In this document: positions 1 through 8,595 of the stretch, piece by piece
Position numbering within the stretch: position 1 is the stretch's first letter
Layout: each line of letters begins with the position of its first letter
DNA from: a virus
Lineage: Duplodnaviria > Caudoviricetes
IMG/VR virus record: IMGVR_UViG_3300033067_002245
Span: 1-59,715 of that record
DNA length: 59,715 bases
Strand: one strand, 5' to 3'
The notes under the pieces: model-generated
Database searches by the model: none
Seen by the model: only the letters and a program-made list of their open reading frames with translations
Told to the model about the DNA's origin: nothing
Made by a program: the position numbers and the translations under genes

Positions 1-228
1 TGTGAACGTCGCGCCCTCTTGAACGTCAACGTAACCACTAACCTCAACTAACGCTGGTGCTGTGAACGTCGCGCCCTCTTGAACGTCAACGTAACCACTC
101 TTCGCTAACGCTGGTGCTGTGAACGTCGCGCCCTCTTGAACGTCAACGTAACCACTAACCTCAACTAACGCTGGTGCTGTGAACGTCGCGCCCTGCCGAA
201 CGTAAACGGAACCACTAACCTCAACTAA
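1..228. repeat. Coding tandem repeat, 57-60 nt units
   Basis: Units at 1-60, 61-117, 118-177 and a diverged partial unit at 178-228; unit lengths are multiples of 3. Confidence 0.95.
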
Positions 229-285
229 TTTTGAATAATCATGTTTGTCATCTTTTTCAATGACTAAGTTTCCTTGTATTTTCAT
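1..285 (-). CDS. Repeat (beta-solenoid-like) protein, 3' end truncated by window edge
   Basis: Not in ORF track. ATG at 285 reads MKIQGNLVIEKDDKHDYSKLVEVSGSVYVRQGATFTAPALVEVSGYVDVQEGATFTAPALAKSGYVDVQEGATFT..., open to base 1, starting 11 nt after the helicase stop. Confidence 0.8.
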   Translation of the reverse strand, partial: MKIQGNLVIEKDDKHDYSKLVEVSGSVYVRQGATFTAPALVEVSGYVDVQEGATFTAPALAKSGYVDVQEGATFTAPALVEVSGYVDVQEGATFT

Positions 286-296
286 GGGTTGATTTT

Positions 297-1925
297 TTAT
301 TTCAGATCTTTAAATGGAAATTTATTTTGTTGTTTAAGCCTTTCTGTATTTGCTTTTGCATCTCTTGCATGAATATCTTTTATGGCCTGTTGATATTCAT
401 TTTGTGTTACTCCTTTTGATACATCGTATCCAGCCGATGCTAATTGTTTTACTTTCCATGCAGGAACTAAAGAGTTGCCAATAATCTCAGCACACATAGC
501 TTTTGTGTAGTTAATATTTACTACATCATAATCCATTTGTTTAATCCAGTTTAATTGAGCCTCACTTGCAGGTTCCTGCATCCGGATAGAATCCGATATC
601 TTAACCTTTGGCAGCTTCAGTAAATCAACTTTAACATCTTTCTGCAATTGCTCAGCTTTAAAGGTCCGCTCATTCCTTGCTTGTATCAGCTTATCCTTTT
701 TCTCCTGAGTAACAAATACTCTGTCTTCGATTTCTTTTCCTTCATCAAGATTCCAAGTATTGATAAGCCTATGCTTTGATGTTACATCAATGAAATCCAA
801 AACCGTTACTTTTTGTCCGAACTTAGCAACATATTCTTCGTCTTTTAGTCTGGTGCCGCGACCGATTTGCTGTAAGAACTTAGTAAGTGATTTAGTAGGA
901 CAGCACATTAAAATTGCACCGGTGTTTGGGTGATCGAAACCGGCTGTTAAAATCATTACATTGCTGATACCGGTAATTTCTCTTTGTTTAAATCTTTGAA
1001 GTATTCCCCGTCTGTCAGTAGTTAATTCTTTATCTCCAACAACAAATTCAGTATCGACTCCTTTTGATTTAAAAACTTCTGTGAGATCCATTGCGTGTTG
1101 AACATCTACACAAAAAGCAATGAACTGTTTGCCGGGACAATATTGCAAATACTTCTCAACGATAAGATCATTACGCATTGGTGTGTTGATAACCTCTTCC
1201 AGTTGACCTTGATTAAGTTCTCCCCCTAATGTTTTAACTCCATCTAGTGAAGATTGTGTCTTAACTCTAATAGCATCTATTTCGCAAAGGAAACCATCTT
1301 TAATAGCTTTTTCAATAGGATATTCATAAACAATCTCGTCGAATATATCTCCCATTAACATCCCATCCATCCGATGTGGAGTAGCAGTAAGGCCAAGTCT
1401 TAACTTAGGAGTGAAGTGGTTTATAGATTTTAAAAACGTTTTGCTTCCAAATAGATGACATTCATCACACACAACAACATCGAAATAGTTAGATGGTATT
1501 TTATCAAGCCTATTCCATAACGTTTGCATAGAAGCAAAAACAATGGGTTTGTTGATAATAAATAGCTCTGCTTTTACTATGCCGACCGTATTAATAATTT
1601 CATCAAGCCACGGGTGAGAAAATAACCCTTGTGTTCTTGTTTTTAAGATACTTAACAAACCGCCTTGCTGACCAACAAAATCAGATAGCTCTTGTTTGTT
1701 GATGTTGGCTCTCTCGGCTACGTAATCAATCGCTGATTGCTCCAGCAAATCTTCTGTATGTGTGCCCCAGAGGACTCGACCTTTGTCCTTAATGATATCA
1801 ACAGATGTGGCTGTTTTACCGGTGCCGGTTGCCATTACTAATAGTTGATTCACTATACCTTTTTTTAACGCTTTCTCAACCGCTTCTTTCGCCTCTACCT
1901 GATAATACCTGAGTTGTCGTGCCAT
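297..1925 (-). CDS. Superfamily 2 DExH helicase
   Basis: Q-motif LRYYQ, Walker A ATGTGKT, DECH, motif III TAT, motif VI QQIGRGTR. Confidence 0.92.
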   Translation of the reverse strand: MARQLRYYQVEAKEAVEKALKKGIVNQLLVMATGTGKTATSVDIIKDKGRVLWGTHTEDLLEQSAIDYVAERANINKQELSDFVGQQGGLLSILKTRTQGLFSHPWLDEIINTVGIVKAELFIINKPIVFASMQTLWNRLDKIPSNYFDVVVCDECHLFGSKTFLKSINHFTPKLRLGLTATPHRMDGMLMGDIFDEIVYEYPIEKAIKDGFLCEIDAIRVKTQSSLDGVKTLGGELNQGQLEEVINTPMRNDLIVEKYLQYCPGKQFIAFCVDVQHAMDLTEVFKSKGVDTEFVVGDKELTTDRRGILQRFKQREITGISNVMILTAGFDHPNTGAILMCCPTKSLTKFLQQIGRGTRLKDEEYVAKFGQKVTVLDFIDVTSKHRLINTWNLDEGKEIEDRVFVTQEKKDKLIQARNERTFKAEQLQKDVKVDLLKLPKVKISDSIRMQEPASEAQLNWIKQMDYDVVNINYTKAMCAEIIGNSLVPAWKVKQLASAGYDVSKGVTQNEYQQAIKDIHARDAKANTERLKQQNKFPFKDLK

Positions 1926-2299
1926 TACTTAATAAGTGGTTGATGTAAATAATTATCTCGTTCTAATTGAGTGATCATGCCATTGTAAAAAGCCCTAAAA
2001 TCTCTGTCAGTATCATACAGGTTTTGAATTGCTCTTATAGCATGTAAAACGGTAGCGTGATCACGGTTAAACATATTCCCGATCTCTCCAAGCGTTAGCT
2101 TATAAAAGTTTAGTTTAAGAAGCCTCATTAACATTTGACGCGGGCGAACTATAGGAGTATAGCGTGTCTTAGATCCTAGCTCCTCCATTGTTACTTTATT
2201 AATCTTACAAAAGCTATCAGTAAGCCTGTAAGAGGTAAGTGTTGATTCATATATGCCTGGAGCTAACCATAGGCTAGGTGGTTGGTGATTCTTTATCAT
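1925..2299 (-). CDS. DnaA C-terminal-like HTH DNA-binding protein
   Basis: RPRQMLM...TLGEIGNMFNRDHATVLHAIRAI matches the DnaA domain IV signature (IG..F..RDHTTV.HA). Confidence 0.8.
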   Translation of the reverse strand: MIKNHQPPSLWLAPGIYESTLTSYRLTDSFCKINKVTMEELGSKTRYTPIVRPRQMLMRLLKLNFYKLTLGEIGNMFNRDHATVLHAIRAIQNLYDTDRDFRAFYNGMITQLERDNYLHQPLIK

Positions 2300-2513
2300 A
2301 TTTCTCCCTTTCTTCTAACATTGCATCAGCTATTTTGTAAGCTAATTTTGCTACATTGGCTGTTTCTTCCGCGCTTCGCCAGATAGAAATATCAAATCCG
2401 CTTAAAGCTTTTGCTGCGAAATAATCTCGTAGTGTCATGCCTGGATTATTTCCATAAGCCTTATAAGCAGACATAGGAAATGCTGGCGGATTATTTGGTT
2501 TCTTTTCTGACAT
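2274..2513 (-). CDS. Conserved phage hypothetical protein
   Basis: PAFP...GMTLRDYFAAKA...AYKIADAML, a recurrent small phage protein pattern. Confidence 0.75.
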   Translation of the reverse strand: MSEKKPNNPPAFPMSAYKAYGNNPGMTLRDYFAAKALSGFDISIWRSAEETANVAKLAYKIADAMLEEREKYDKESPTT

Positions 2514-2633
2514 GTTATTTTGTTTTGATTTTTACTTCTCTGATTTCCCTTACTTGCTTATTGATGTATATGAGCCAATCAATAAATGAAATATTTTCCG
2601 GCCTCTTAATTGTTTTTGTTATGCTTAGGACTT

Positions 2634-2822
2634 TCATTTTGCTTTTGTGTTAGCATTGTTAGTTTTAGCAGGAACAATCCAAATATTCCGGTTGAATGTT
2701 CCCTTGGAAATTAGTTCCTTTCTCTTGGTCACTGCAATGGCGTATGGCACATTCAGAGGCAACGTATGTTTTATACGTTTGCCTTCCCATACTTCTACAT
2801 TGTACAATTTAACTGCTTGCAT
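2634..2822 (-). CDS. Hypothetical protein
   Basis: ORF in tightly packed minus-strand run. Confidence 0.55.
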   Translation of the reverse strand: MQAVKLYNVEVWEGKRIKHTLPLNVPYAIAVTKRKELISKGTFNRNIWIVPAKTNNANTKAK

Positions 2823-2834
2823 GATTCTTGCTTA

Positions 2835-3092
2835 TTAGTTATCAAATCCCCAAAACTCATTCATCCTCTTTATCACATCGGGATTCGTTTGTCGGTTATA
2901 TCGCTCTGCAACCTTTTCCCATCCGTGACTATGATTAGGGGACCACGCACAATCACAAGCACTTCTATATGAAGCTTCACCATTACGTATTTCTGTACCT
3001 ACCGATACACCACAAAAAAAACAATCATGTGATGGCCAATATATAATTCCTTTTAATTCTGCTTGTTGTTTGAATTCTTCTGCTGTTCTCAT
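2835..3092 (-). CDS. Hypothetical protein, possible Zn-binding
   Basis: CFFC and CDC motifs; packed operon. Confidence 0.65.
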   Translation of the reverse strand: MRTAEEFKQQAELKGIIYWPSHDCFFCGVSVGTEIRNGEASYRSACDCAWSPNHSHGWEKVAERYNRQTNPDVIKRMNEFWGFDN

Positions 3093-3093
3093 T

Positions 3094-3294
3094 TTAATGA
3101 TGTATTAATTTATCTTCTGTTCTGAATTGTTTCTCATTTTCCATGTCATACTGATACTGCTGTAGCTCATCTATATCCATATCGTAAAACATATCAAATA
3201 AGTCATTGTAGTAATACTTTGAAGTAGGAGGGATGCCAATATCCCTCTTAATCTTAAAAATGTTTCTTATGTATTTTAAACGAGTTTTCAGCAT
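3094..3294 (-). CDS. Hypothetical protein
   Basis: Packed minus-strand ORF. Confidence 0.55.
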   Translation of the reverse strand: MLKTRLKYIRNIFKIKRDIGIPPTSKYYYNDLFDMFYDMDIDELQQYQYDMENEKQFRTEDKLIHH

Positions 3295-3311
3295 GATAAT
3301 AAGTTTAGTGG

Positions 3312-3575
3312 TTACACATCATATTCATCATCGTATTGTAAAGCATCGGAAGGTTTTTGGTCAAACCAAATAGGGGTCAAAGACCCGTTTATTATTTTTT
3401 CCGTGGTTCTGTGGGCTTTATTACCTTGCTGTATAGCTAAATAAGCCTGTTGTTGCCATATATGCTTTTGTTCAAACATCTCCGGCCAAGTATCCTTTGC
3501 CAGCTCTTCGAATTCTGGTATCAAATCGCATAGCTTAATTATAAGCTGCTGCTCACTTGTTGTTAGTGGTTTCAT
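3312..3575 (-). CDS. Hypothetical protein
   Basis: Packed minus-strand ORF. Confidence 0.6.
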   Translation of the reverse strand: MKPLTTSEQQLIIKLCDLIPEFEELAKDTWPEMFEQKHIWQQQAYLAIQQGNKAHRTTEKIINGSLTPIWFDQKPSDALQYDDEYDV

Positions 3576-3642
3576 AAAATTGGATTTTGATTTTTAATAT
3601 GAAAAGTCCCCGCTTATGGAGGAGAGCCGTTATCCCCATTGC

Positions 3643-4047
3643 TCATACGGTAGCCACACTTGGGCAGTGCATCGAAGCTATCTTCTGTATCTTTTTAGTT
3701 GAGGGAGCCGGATTCGAACCGACCAACAGATGCCTCCGTTGCCTAGCCAAAGAGTCCCCCATCCATCTATCTCTAAACAGATTCTTTAAAATAAGCGCCC
3801 AAATTGCTACGAGGTACTCAGTCCCAGGTTTGAGCCTTAATGGTAAGGTAAATCCAATCGTCCCCCAAGTCTTTCTGCTATAATCACATACTCCAGAACA
3901 TACTCCATAATATCTTTGTGATATCCCCATTAATTTAAATTGACCGTTAACTTCTTTATGATTTTCATTTATCCAATCAATCACTTTCCACTAGTTAGGA
4001 TCTCGTGTATCTTTTGCAATACACCATTCTTTTGGTAAATTTTTCAT
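3643..4047 (-). pseudogene. Probable pseudogene with in-frame amber
   Basis: ATG 4047 MKNLPKEWCIAKDTRDPN, TAG at 3993-3991, then same frame continues into ORF 3643..3984. Confidence 0.45.
3699..3761 (-). ncRNA. Truncated tRNA-like RNA (63 nt)
   Basis: 7-bp acceptor TGGGGGA/TCCCTCA, T-arm GTCGG-TTCGAAT-CCGGC, hairpin CAACGGA-GGCA-TCTGTTG; no proper D-arm or anticodon loop. Confidence 0.55.
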
Positions 4048-4180
4048 CTTTTAAAAATTAGTTGATTTTTTTAATAGTAACCGGGAGCAAACTCTAACCC
4101 CTAGAGGCTCCCGATATTTTGGCAGTGTGCATAGCCACTACCATATTTTCCATAATAAAGGCCTTCACCCGCATTCTTCC

Positions 4181-4426
4181 TTAGTTAGGTTCCGTTACCT
4201 CCTGGATAGTAATAATGTCCTTTAGATAAGCGTATTTATCACTACCATGATTATATAGCTGAATAGTATTGCAATTCTTATAAAAGGCTGTTGCGCTATC
4301 GCTTTGACCATTTTTATAATAGACAATGAATTTACAGGGTGGGGGAGTGGGTTCTTTCTGTTTAAAATAATTAAAGATAAACACCCCTGAAATGCTGCCA
4401 ATAAGGAATATAATATATTTTTTCAT
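4181..4426 (-). CDS. Small membrane-anchored hypothetical protein
   Basis: N-terminal hydrophobic segment. Confidence 0.6.
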   Translation of the reverse strand: MKKYIIFLIGSISGVFIFNYFKQKEPTPPPCKFIVYYKNGQSDSATAFYKNCNTIQLYNHGSDKYAYLKDIITIQEVTEPN

Positions 4427-4649
4427 GTGATTTTTTTTAGTTATTAATTAGCCCCTCGATTGCATCGAAAGCAGTTACACATACCAAATTGTTAGTTTTC
4501 GGACGCTATCCGAGCTATTCAAAATGCCCGTATGTTAAACTCGAGGGATTTACCAAGTCCAATCAATTCGAGATGAAGCTACTTGGTAATAAGAACCTAG
4601 TAAGGACTTACGCGTTTTTATTCGCTGCCTTCGCTTACTAGGGTGTAGG

Positions 4650-4852
4650 TTTGATAAGGGCAGGATTCGATACCTGCATCGGTTTGCATTTAGTTTTGAT
4701 GGATTTGGGCCAATCGCTTTAAAGCACGCCAAATAACTTTACCGAAAAGAGTACATTTGATTTTATAACCCATTTTAGAGTAACTTAATCGGGAGGTTTT
4801 GCACCTGATTTTTGCACACCCGATGCGTTGAGATTCCGCAACCCTTATCAAA
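4650..4852 (-). ncRNA. tRNA-shaped RNA with ~135-nt insertion
   Basis: 11-bp terminal stem TTTGATAAGGG/CCCTTATCAAA, D-like arm GTTG-CGGAATCT-CAAC, inner stem ATCGG/CCGAT, T-like arm GCAGG-TATCGAAT-CCTGC. Confidence 0.55.
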
Positions 4853-5143
4853 GTATTATAAATTAACCCAGAGGTTAACGTGTCTATTTTTTGCGATTTT
4901 TTATACATGTTTTTTAAACGTGTACACCAAATCGACATTTTCTATGTATATTCTCCCAACATGATAACAACCTTCCTAAAAACCGAGCGAAGCTTCAAAG
5001 TCTTTATTATTCGTTGTGTGTTGGTACAGGGTGCAGTCATCTCCCCGCCGTTTCCAGACCTTTATTGTTCAGCCTATCTCTGCATTGCAAACGTTGCTTA
5101 TAGCAACTATGTCAAATAACGTCCTTCAACTTCACTAATCTTG

Positions 5144-5168
5144 TGGAGGTTCCTGGAATCGAACCAGG
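5144..5168 (-). ncRNA. tRNA/tmRNA-like 3' fragment
   Basis: CCTGG-TTCGATT-CCAGG-AACCTCCA; no convincing 5' partner found. Confidence 0.35.
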
Positions 5169-5274
5169 CAAAACCGACCTTCTTAATCTTCGCCTATGCA
5201 CAGACTATAAGGACTACCGGCCACTACCATTTACTAACCACCGTTTGCCGATCTTTTTATTTGATTTTTTTAAT

Positions 5275-5436
5275 TTAAAGCACTTCCCAAAGAATATTTA
5301 CGCCATCATGCTCTATAATAATTTGCCCTATATCGTAGTTAACCAATTTGCGAGCTACCTCCAAGGTGAACCAGCTATCTTTGCCTGACCCTGCATTTAA
5401 AATAGTTCCATTGCTATTTAGTATTCTATACTTCAT
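5275..5436 (-). CDS. Small hypothetical protein (53 aa)
   Basis: Below ORF-track cutoff: MKYRILNSNGTILNAGSGKDSWFTLEVARKLVNYDIGQIIIEHDGVNILWEVL, A-rich leader. Confidence 0.6.
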   Translation of the reverse strand: MKYRILNSNGTILNAGSGKDSWFTLEVARKLVNYDIGQIIIEHDGVNILWEVL

Positions 5437-5467
5437 TTTATTGAGTGTTAAAATGTTAGTTTAATAA

Positions 5468-5530
5468 ACCAGCGCATCGGAAAATTGCTCAGATTAAACC
5501 TTTGCGCTGGTATTCGGAGGCAACCGAATG
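5468..5530. ncRNA. Intergenic double hairpin, candidate sRNA
   Basis: ACCAGCGCA/TGCGCTGGT stem plus ATTCGG-AGGCAA-CCGAAT hairpin containing GGAGGCAAC. Confidence 0.5.
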
Positions 5531-5569
5531 TTATTTAATTTTGTTTGAAAGCTTCTTTTATTAAATCGT

Positions 5570-5752
5570 CTAAAACTGGATCTGCTCTTCGGAATAAGCT
5601 TCAACAATAGTACATTCAATTCTCAATTTAATACCTTTAGATTTACATTGCTTTTTAATCTCATCAAAACAATTAGGATTCGAAGTATAACAATTGTATC
5701 TTATCCCATTAATTGTCCTGTACTGTAGTATAGATTGTTTTGGTTTTCTCAT
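5570..5752 (-). CDS. Hypothetical protein
   Basis: Early-region ORF. Confidence 0.5.
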   Translation of the reverse strand: MRKPKQSILQYRTINGIRYNCYTSNPNCFDEIKKQCKSKGIKLRIECTIVEAYSEEQIQF

Positions 5753-5792
5753 TTTATTTAAGACAATTAAAGCAAATTCAACTTTTGATATT

Positions 5793-6071
5793 TTATTGAG
5801 GTATTTTATTGCATTTTAATCGTTTCAATTTATTTCTGCCTATATCAGTTAATATATAGACCTCTTTAAAGTATCCATTATCAATTGGATGCTCCTTTTT
5901 TATCTTTTTAATATTGTAATTGTGCCCCTTTGCGAGGGTGTCAAATGTGCCAAAAACGAATAGTTTTAATTTTTCATCTTTGGCTTTATGTTTACATCTA
6001 ACGCTAGTGTATAAATAACCTGCCGCGGTCCTATTCGGGCGAGGTGGTAAACTGTTTATATTATATGCCAT
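5793..6071 (-). CDS. Hypothetical protein
   Basis: ATG at 6071 overlaps the upstream gene end. Confidence 0.55.
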   Translation of the reverse strand: MAYNINSLPPRPNRTAAGYLYTSVRCKHKAKDEKLKLFVFGTFDTLAKGHNYNIKKIKKEHPIDNGYFKEVYILTDIGRNKLKRLKCNKIPQ

Positions 6072-6357
6072 AATTAACAACTTCTTTTTTAAGGCATTTT
6101 ATTTGTATATTGCTACGTAATACAATGCCCTGTTTATATAGATCAAATGTGTGATCTGTGTTTATTAAACCTTTGTTTTTTAATAATTCTAGGGCTTTAT
6201 CTTTATAAGACTCACCATAACCATATTGAAAGGGTAATTTAAATTGTTTTTGGTTTTTAAGTCCAAAATTAAGTGTGATAATGGCTGAGAAATAAGAATT
6301 AGCATTTATTTTATCAAACCATTCCTTTGCTTGAATAGTAATTGTTTTAACTTTCAT
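6061..6357 (-). CDS. Hypothetical protein, paralog of 8596..8910
   Basis: Shared AxEWFDxINxNxYFS and PFQYG motifs. Confidence 0.8.
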   Translation of the reverse strand: MKVKTITIQAKEWFDKINANSYFSAIITLNFGLKNQKQFKLPFQYGYGESYKDKALELLKNKGLINTDHTFDLYKQGIVLRSNIQIKCLKKEVVNYGI

Positions 6358-6430
6358 AGTGTGATTGTTTTAAAGTTTTATAATGTAAATGATTCTGATT
6401 CAACGTATGGCACAAATAGATGTTTCATGG

Positions 6431-6913
6431 TTAGTTGGTTCTATAGATGTAGTAATTTGTTCCGTTAATGCTCTGCGTTTGTTCTGAGCCATCATAAGTA
6501 GCAAGTGAATGCGCACGGCCATCAATCTGGCAATCTCTTTTAAAAGCTTCATTATCAAAATAGTTTCTGTATTCCTTTGGGCTTTTACATAACACACAAT
6601 CATCAATATATTGTTCCAGGTAATTGTCCCATATTTCTTCCGCCTCTTCATCTGTAACAATTAGACGTTGCCTATTTCCTATTTCAAAATAATTGTCGTT
6701 TTCTGTGATTGAATCAAGGTCGTTGGGTGTTAATCCATCCTCTAAGCATAGAGCTAAAACCTTTTCAGGAGAAGAAAATAACTTATCTGATATGTATTGA
6801 ATAGCTTCATCTTCTGTAAATTCAATTTTTATGTCTTCATAATCAGAATTGATTAATTCTTCAAATGGCATATTTAATAGCTTTTTTGATAATTTGATTT
6901 GTGTCGTTTTCAT
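6431..6913 (-). CDS. Acidic hypothetical early protein
   Basis: AAGGAGGCAAC leader; ends DGRAHSLATYDGSEQ...YYIYRTN. Confidence 0.8.
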   Translation of the reverse strand: MKTTQIKLSKKLLNMPFEELINSDYEDIKIEFTEDEAIQYISDKLFSSPEKVLALCLEDGLTPNDLDSITENDNYFEIGNRQRLIVTDEEAEEIWDNYLEQYIDDCVLCKSPKEYRNYFDNEAFKRDCQIDGRAHSLATYDGSEQTQSINGTNYYIYRTN

Positions 6914-6994
6914 TTGTTGCCTCCTTATGATTTAGTTATTACTCAATTATCTGTATTATAGCTGCAATAAGAATAGTGCGATTCGTTGAGTGGG

Positions 6995-7525
6995 TTATTT
7001 GTTTACTTCATATGTTAGTACTTCATTTTGTATTGATCGGTATTGTATTGCCTCTGCAATATGCTCTAATTTAACTTCTTTGGCTTTATCTACTTTTGCT
7101 ATTGTTGTGGCTACGTCTAAAATGATTTGTATCTCATATGGGCACAAACCTAATCGGTCATATGCAACTTTGATTAAATTGTCAATTGAGTCATTAACGC
7201 CAATAACAGCAGGCGTAATTACAGGCGTGTTTTCTTTAAATGCCTTAATACGTTCATTTACCTGATCTATTGTCTCACCTTTGTAGCTACTTACTAGGGT
7301 ATTAAAATTAGGGCGTACAACTTCAATATAAATATCTACAGGCTTGTTTGGGTCAAAATAGCTATTAAAATAATTGCGTAATAAATTTAATTGTGATTTA
7401 TCAACCCCTCCATCTTCAATTTTATTTGTAAGTAATAACATGTTATGGTTTCCGCATTTAGCTATTTCATAAGCTCGCATTGCATTTTCATTTCCTGCGT
7501 ACAGGTTTAATTTAGTTGTTTTCAT
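6995..7525 (-). CDS. Truncated ComM/YifB (Mg-chelatase-like) homolog lacking ATPase core
   Basis: RAYEIAKCGNHNMLL resembles ComM RALEIAAAGGHNLL; ILDVATTIA...EHIAEAIQYR resembles the ComM C-terminus; no Walker A/B. Confidence 0.7.
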   Translation of the reverse strand: MKTTKLNLYAGNENAMRAYEIAKCGNHNMLLLTNKIEDGGVDKSQLNLLRNYFNSYFDPNKPVDIYIEVVRPNFNTLVSSYKGETIDQVNERIKAFKENTPVITPAVIGVNDSIDNLIKVAYDRLGLCPYEIQIILDVATTIAKVDKAKEVKLEHIAEAIQYRSIQNEVLTYEVNK

Positions 7526-7547
7526 TTGTTGCCTCCTTATAATTTAG

Positions 7548-8087
7548 TTATTGAATTTCAGTTAATTGTGCAATCTCTTCATCAGAAAATAACATACATA
7601 CGTTGTTATATTCATCTTTTACAGCATTATAAACCCTTTCTGCTTTTTTACTGTCTGAATCGTACCCGCATTCATTACAAAAGTCATCAAGTGTTCCGGG
7701 ATCATGTTTAGTCAAACATGCTAATATATCATAGGCAGTTGGGGCGGAATAATTAGGATTTTTTAGTATATCTTTTTTAATACCAGTTATCCACAGTAAT
7801 TTTTTATACTGCTCCTCATTAAGGCAAATTCTGCCGCCTGTAGTTCGTTCACACCACGATTTATTTTGCAAATGTTCTGCAACCTGATATTCACCGCTTC
7901 TTTTTAAAGATTGGCCAAAATCAAAGCTAAATTTACGATTACCACGTTTTAAAGTAATTTTATAAATATCCCGATCATGCGTATCGTCTTCAAAGTGTTT
8001 ACCATGTTTTAAAAATTCAAAAATAAATTCTGTATTGGTTTTATTTAAAAATTCAATAGCTTGTTGTTCGTAGTTTGTTGTTTCCAT
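7548..8087 (-). CDS. Hypothetical early protein
   Basis: Start reassigned to ATG 8087 (METTNYEQQA) directly after the shared leader; PTAYDILACLTKHDPG motif. Confidence 0.8.
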   Translation of the reverse strand: METTNYEQQAIEFLNKTNTEFIFEFLKHGKHFEDDTHDRDIYKITLKRGNRKFSFDFGQSLKRSGEYQVAEHLQNKSWCERTTGGRICLNEEQYKKLLWITGIKKDILKNPNYSAPTAYDILACLTKHDPGTLDDFCNECGYDSDSKKAERVYNAVKDEYNNVCMLFSDEEIAQLTEIQ

Positions 8088-8274
8088 TTGTTGCCTCCTT
8101 ATGATTAGTTTAGTGAATAATAAATTTTGCACATTGCCGTGCGTAATACTGTGCTTTTATATGCTATCTGTTCATATGGTGATAGTGTCTTATAATCCAT
8201 CTTCATTAAGAATTCACCGATAGCATTGTTTTGAATCTCACATAAAAACTCAAAGCCGTTTATTTGAACCTTTT

Positions 8275-8577
8275 TCATGATAGCTTAGATATTTCAGCGT
8301 TTTTGAATTCAGCCTGAACTTTTAATAAAATTTCTTGGCTCTCCTTTGGAGCAAATATTTTATCTTTCATTCCATACAAAGCAGTCAACACTTTTGAGTC
8401 ATTTTTTGCTTCGTTTACATCTTTATACTCAACACCTAATTTGTAATAGGTATATCCGTATTTTTCACCGTCTAAATATTGATCTTCCGTTACTACTAGA
8501 AACGGATTACCCCAAGATTCAACGTGTATCACTCCTATTCTGTGGGTGTATGCCCATCCTTTTAATGTTTCTTTCAT
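8275..8577 (-). CDS. Hypothetical early protein
   Basis: Shared leader. Confidence 0.75.
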   Translation of the reverse strand: MKETLKGWAYTHRIGVIHVESWGNPFLVVTEDQYLDGEKYGYTYYKLGVEYKDVNEAKNDSKVLTALYGMKDKIFAPKESQEILLKVQAEFKNAEISKLS

Positions 8578-8595
8578 AATGTTGCCTCCTTATTA

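Noticed and set aside
1-228. CRISPR array or DGR template/variable repeat
   Set aside because: Units are contiguous with no unique spacers, keep reading frame and encode a repeat protein; no cas or reverse transcriptase gene in the window
4650-5170. Canonical or two-piece tmRNA
   Set aside because: The 5144-5168 end resembles ssrA but no matching 5' acceptor strand or tag frame could be identified
6995-7525. Functional magnesium chelatase or ComM helicase
   Set aside because: Walker A/B and most of the AAA+ domain are missing
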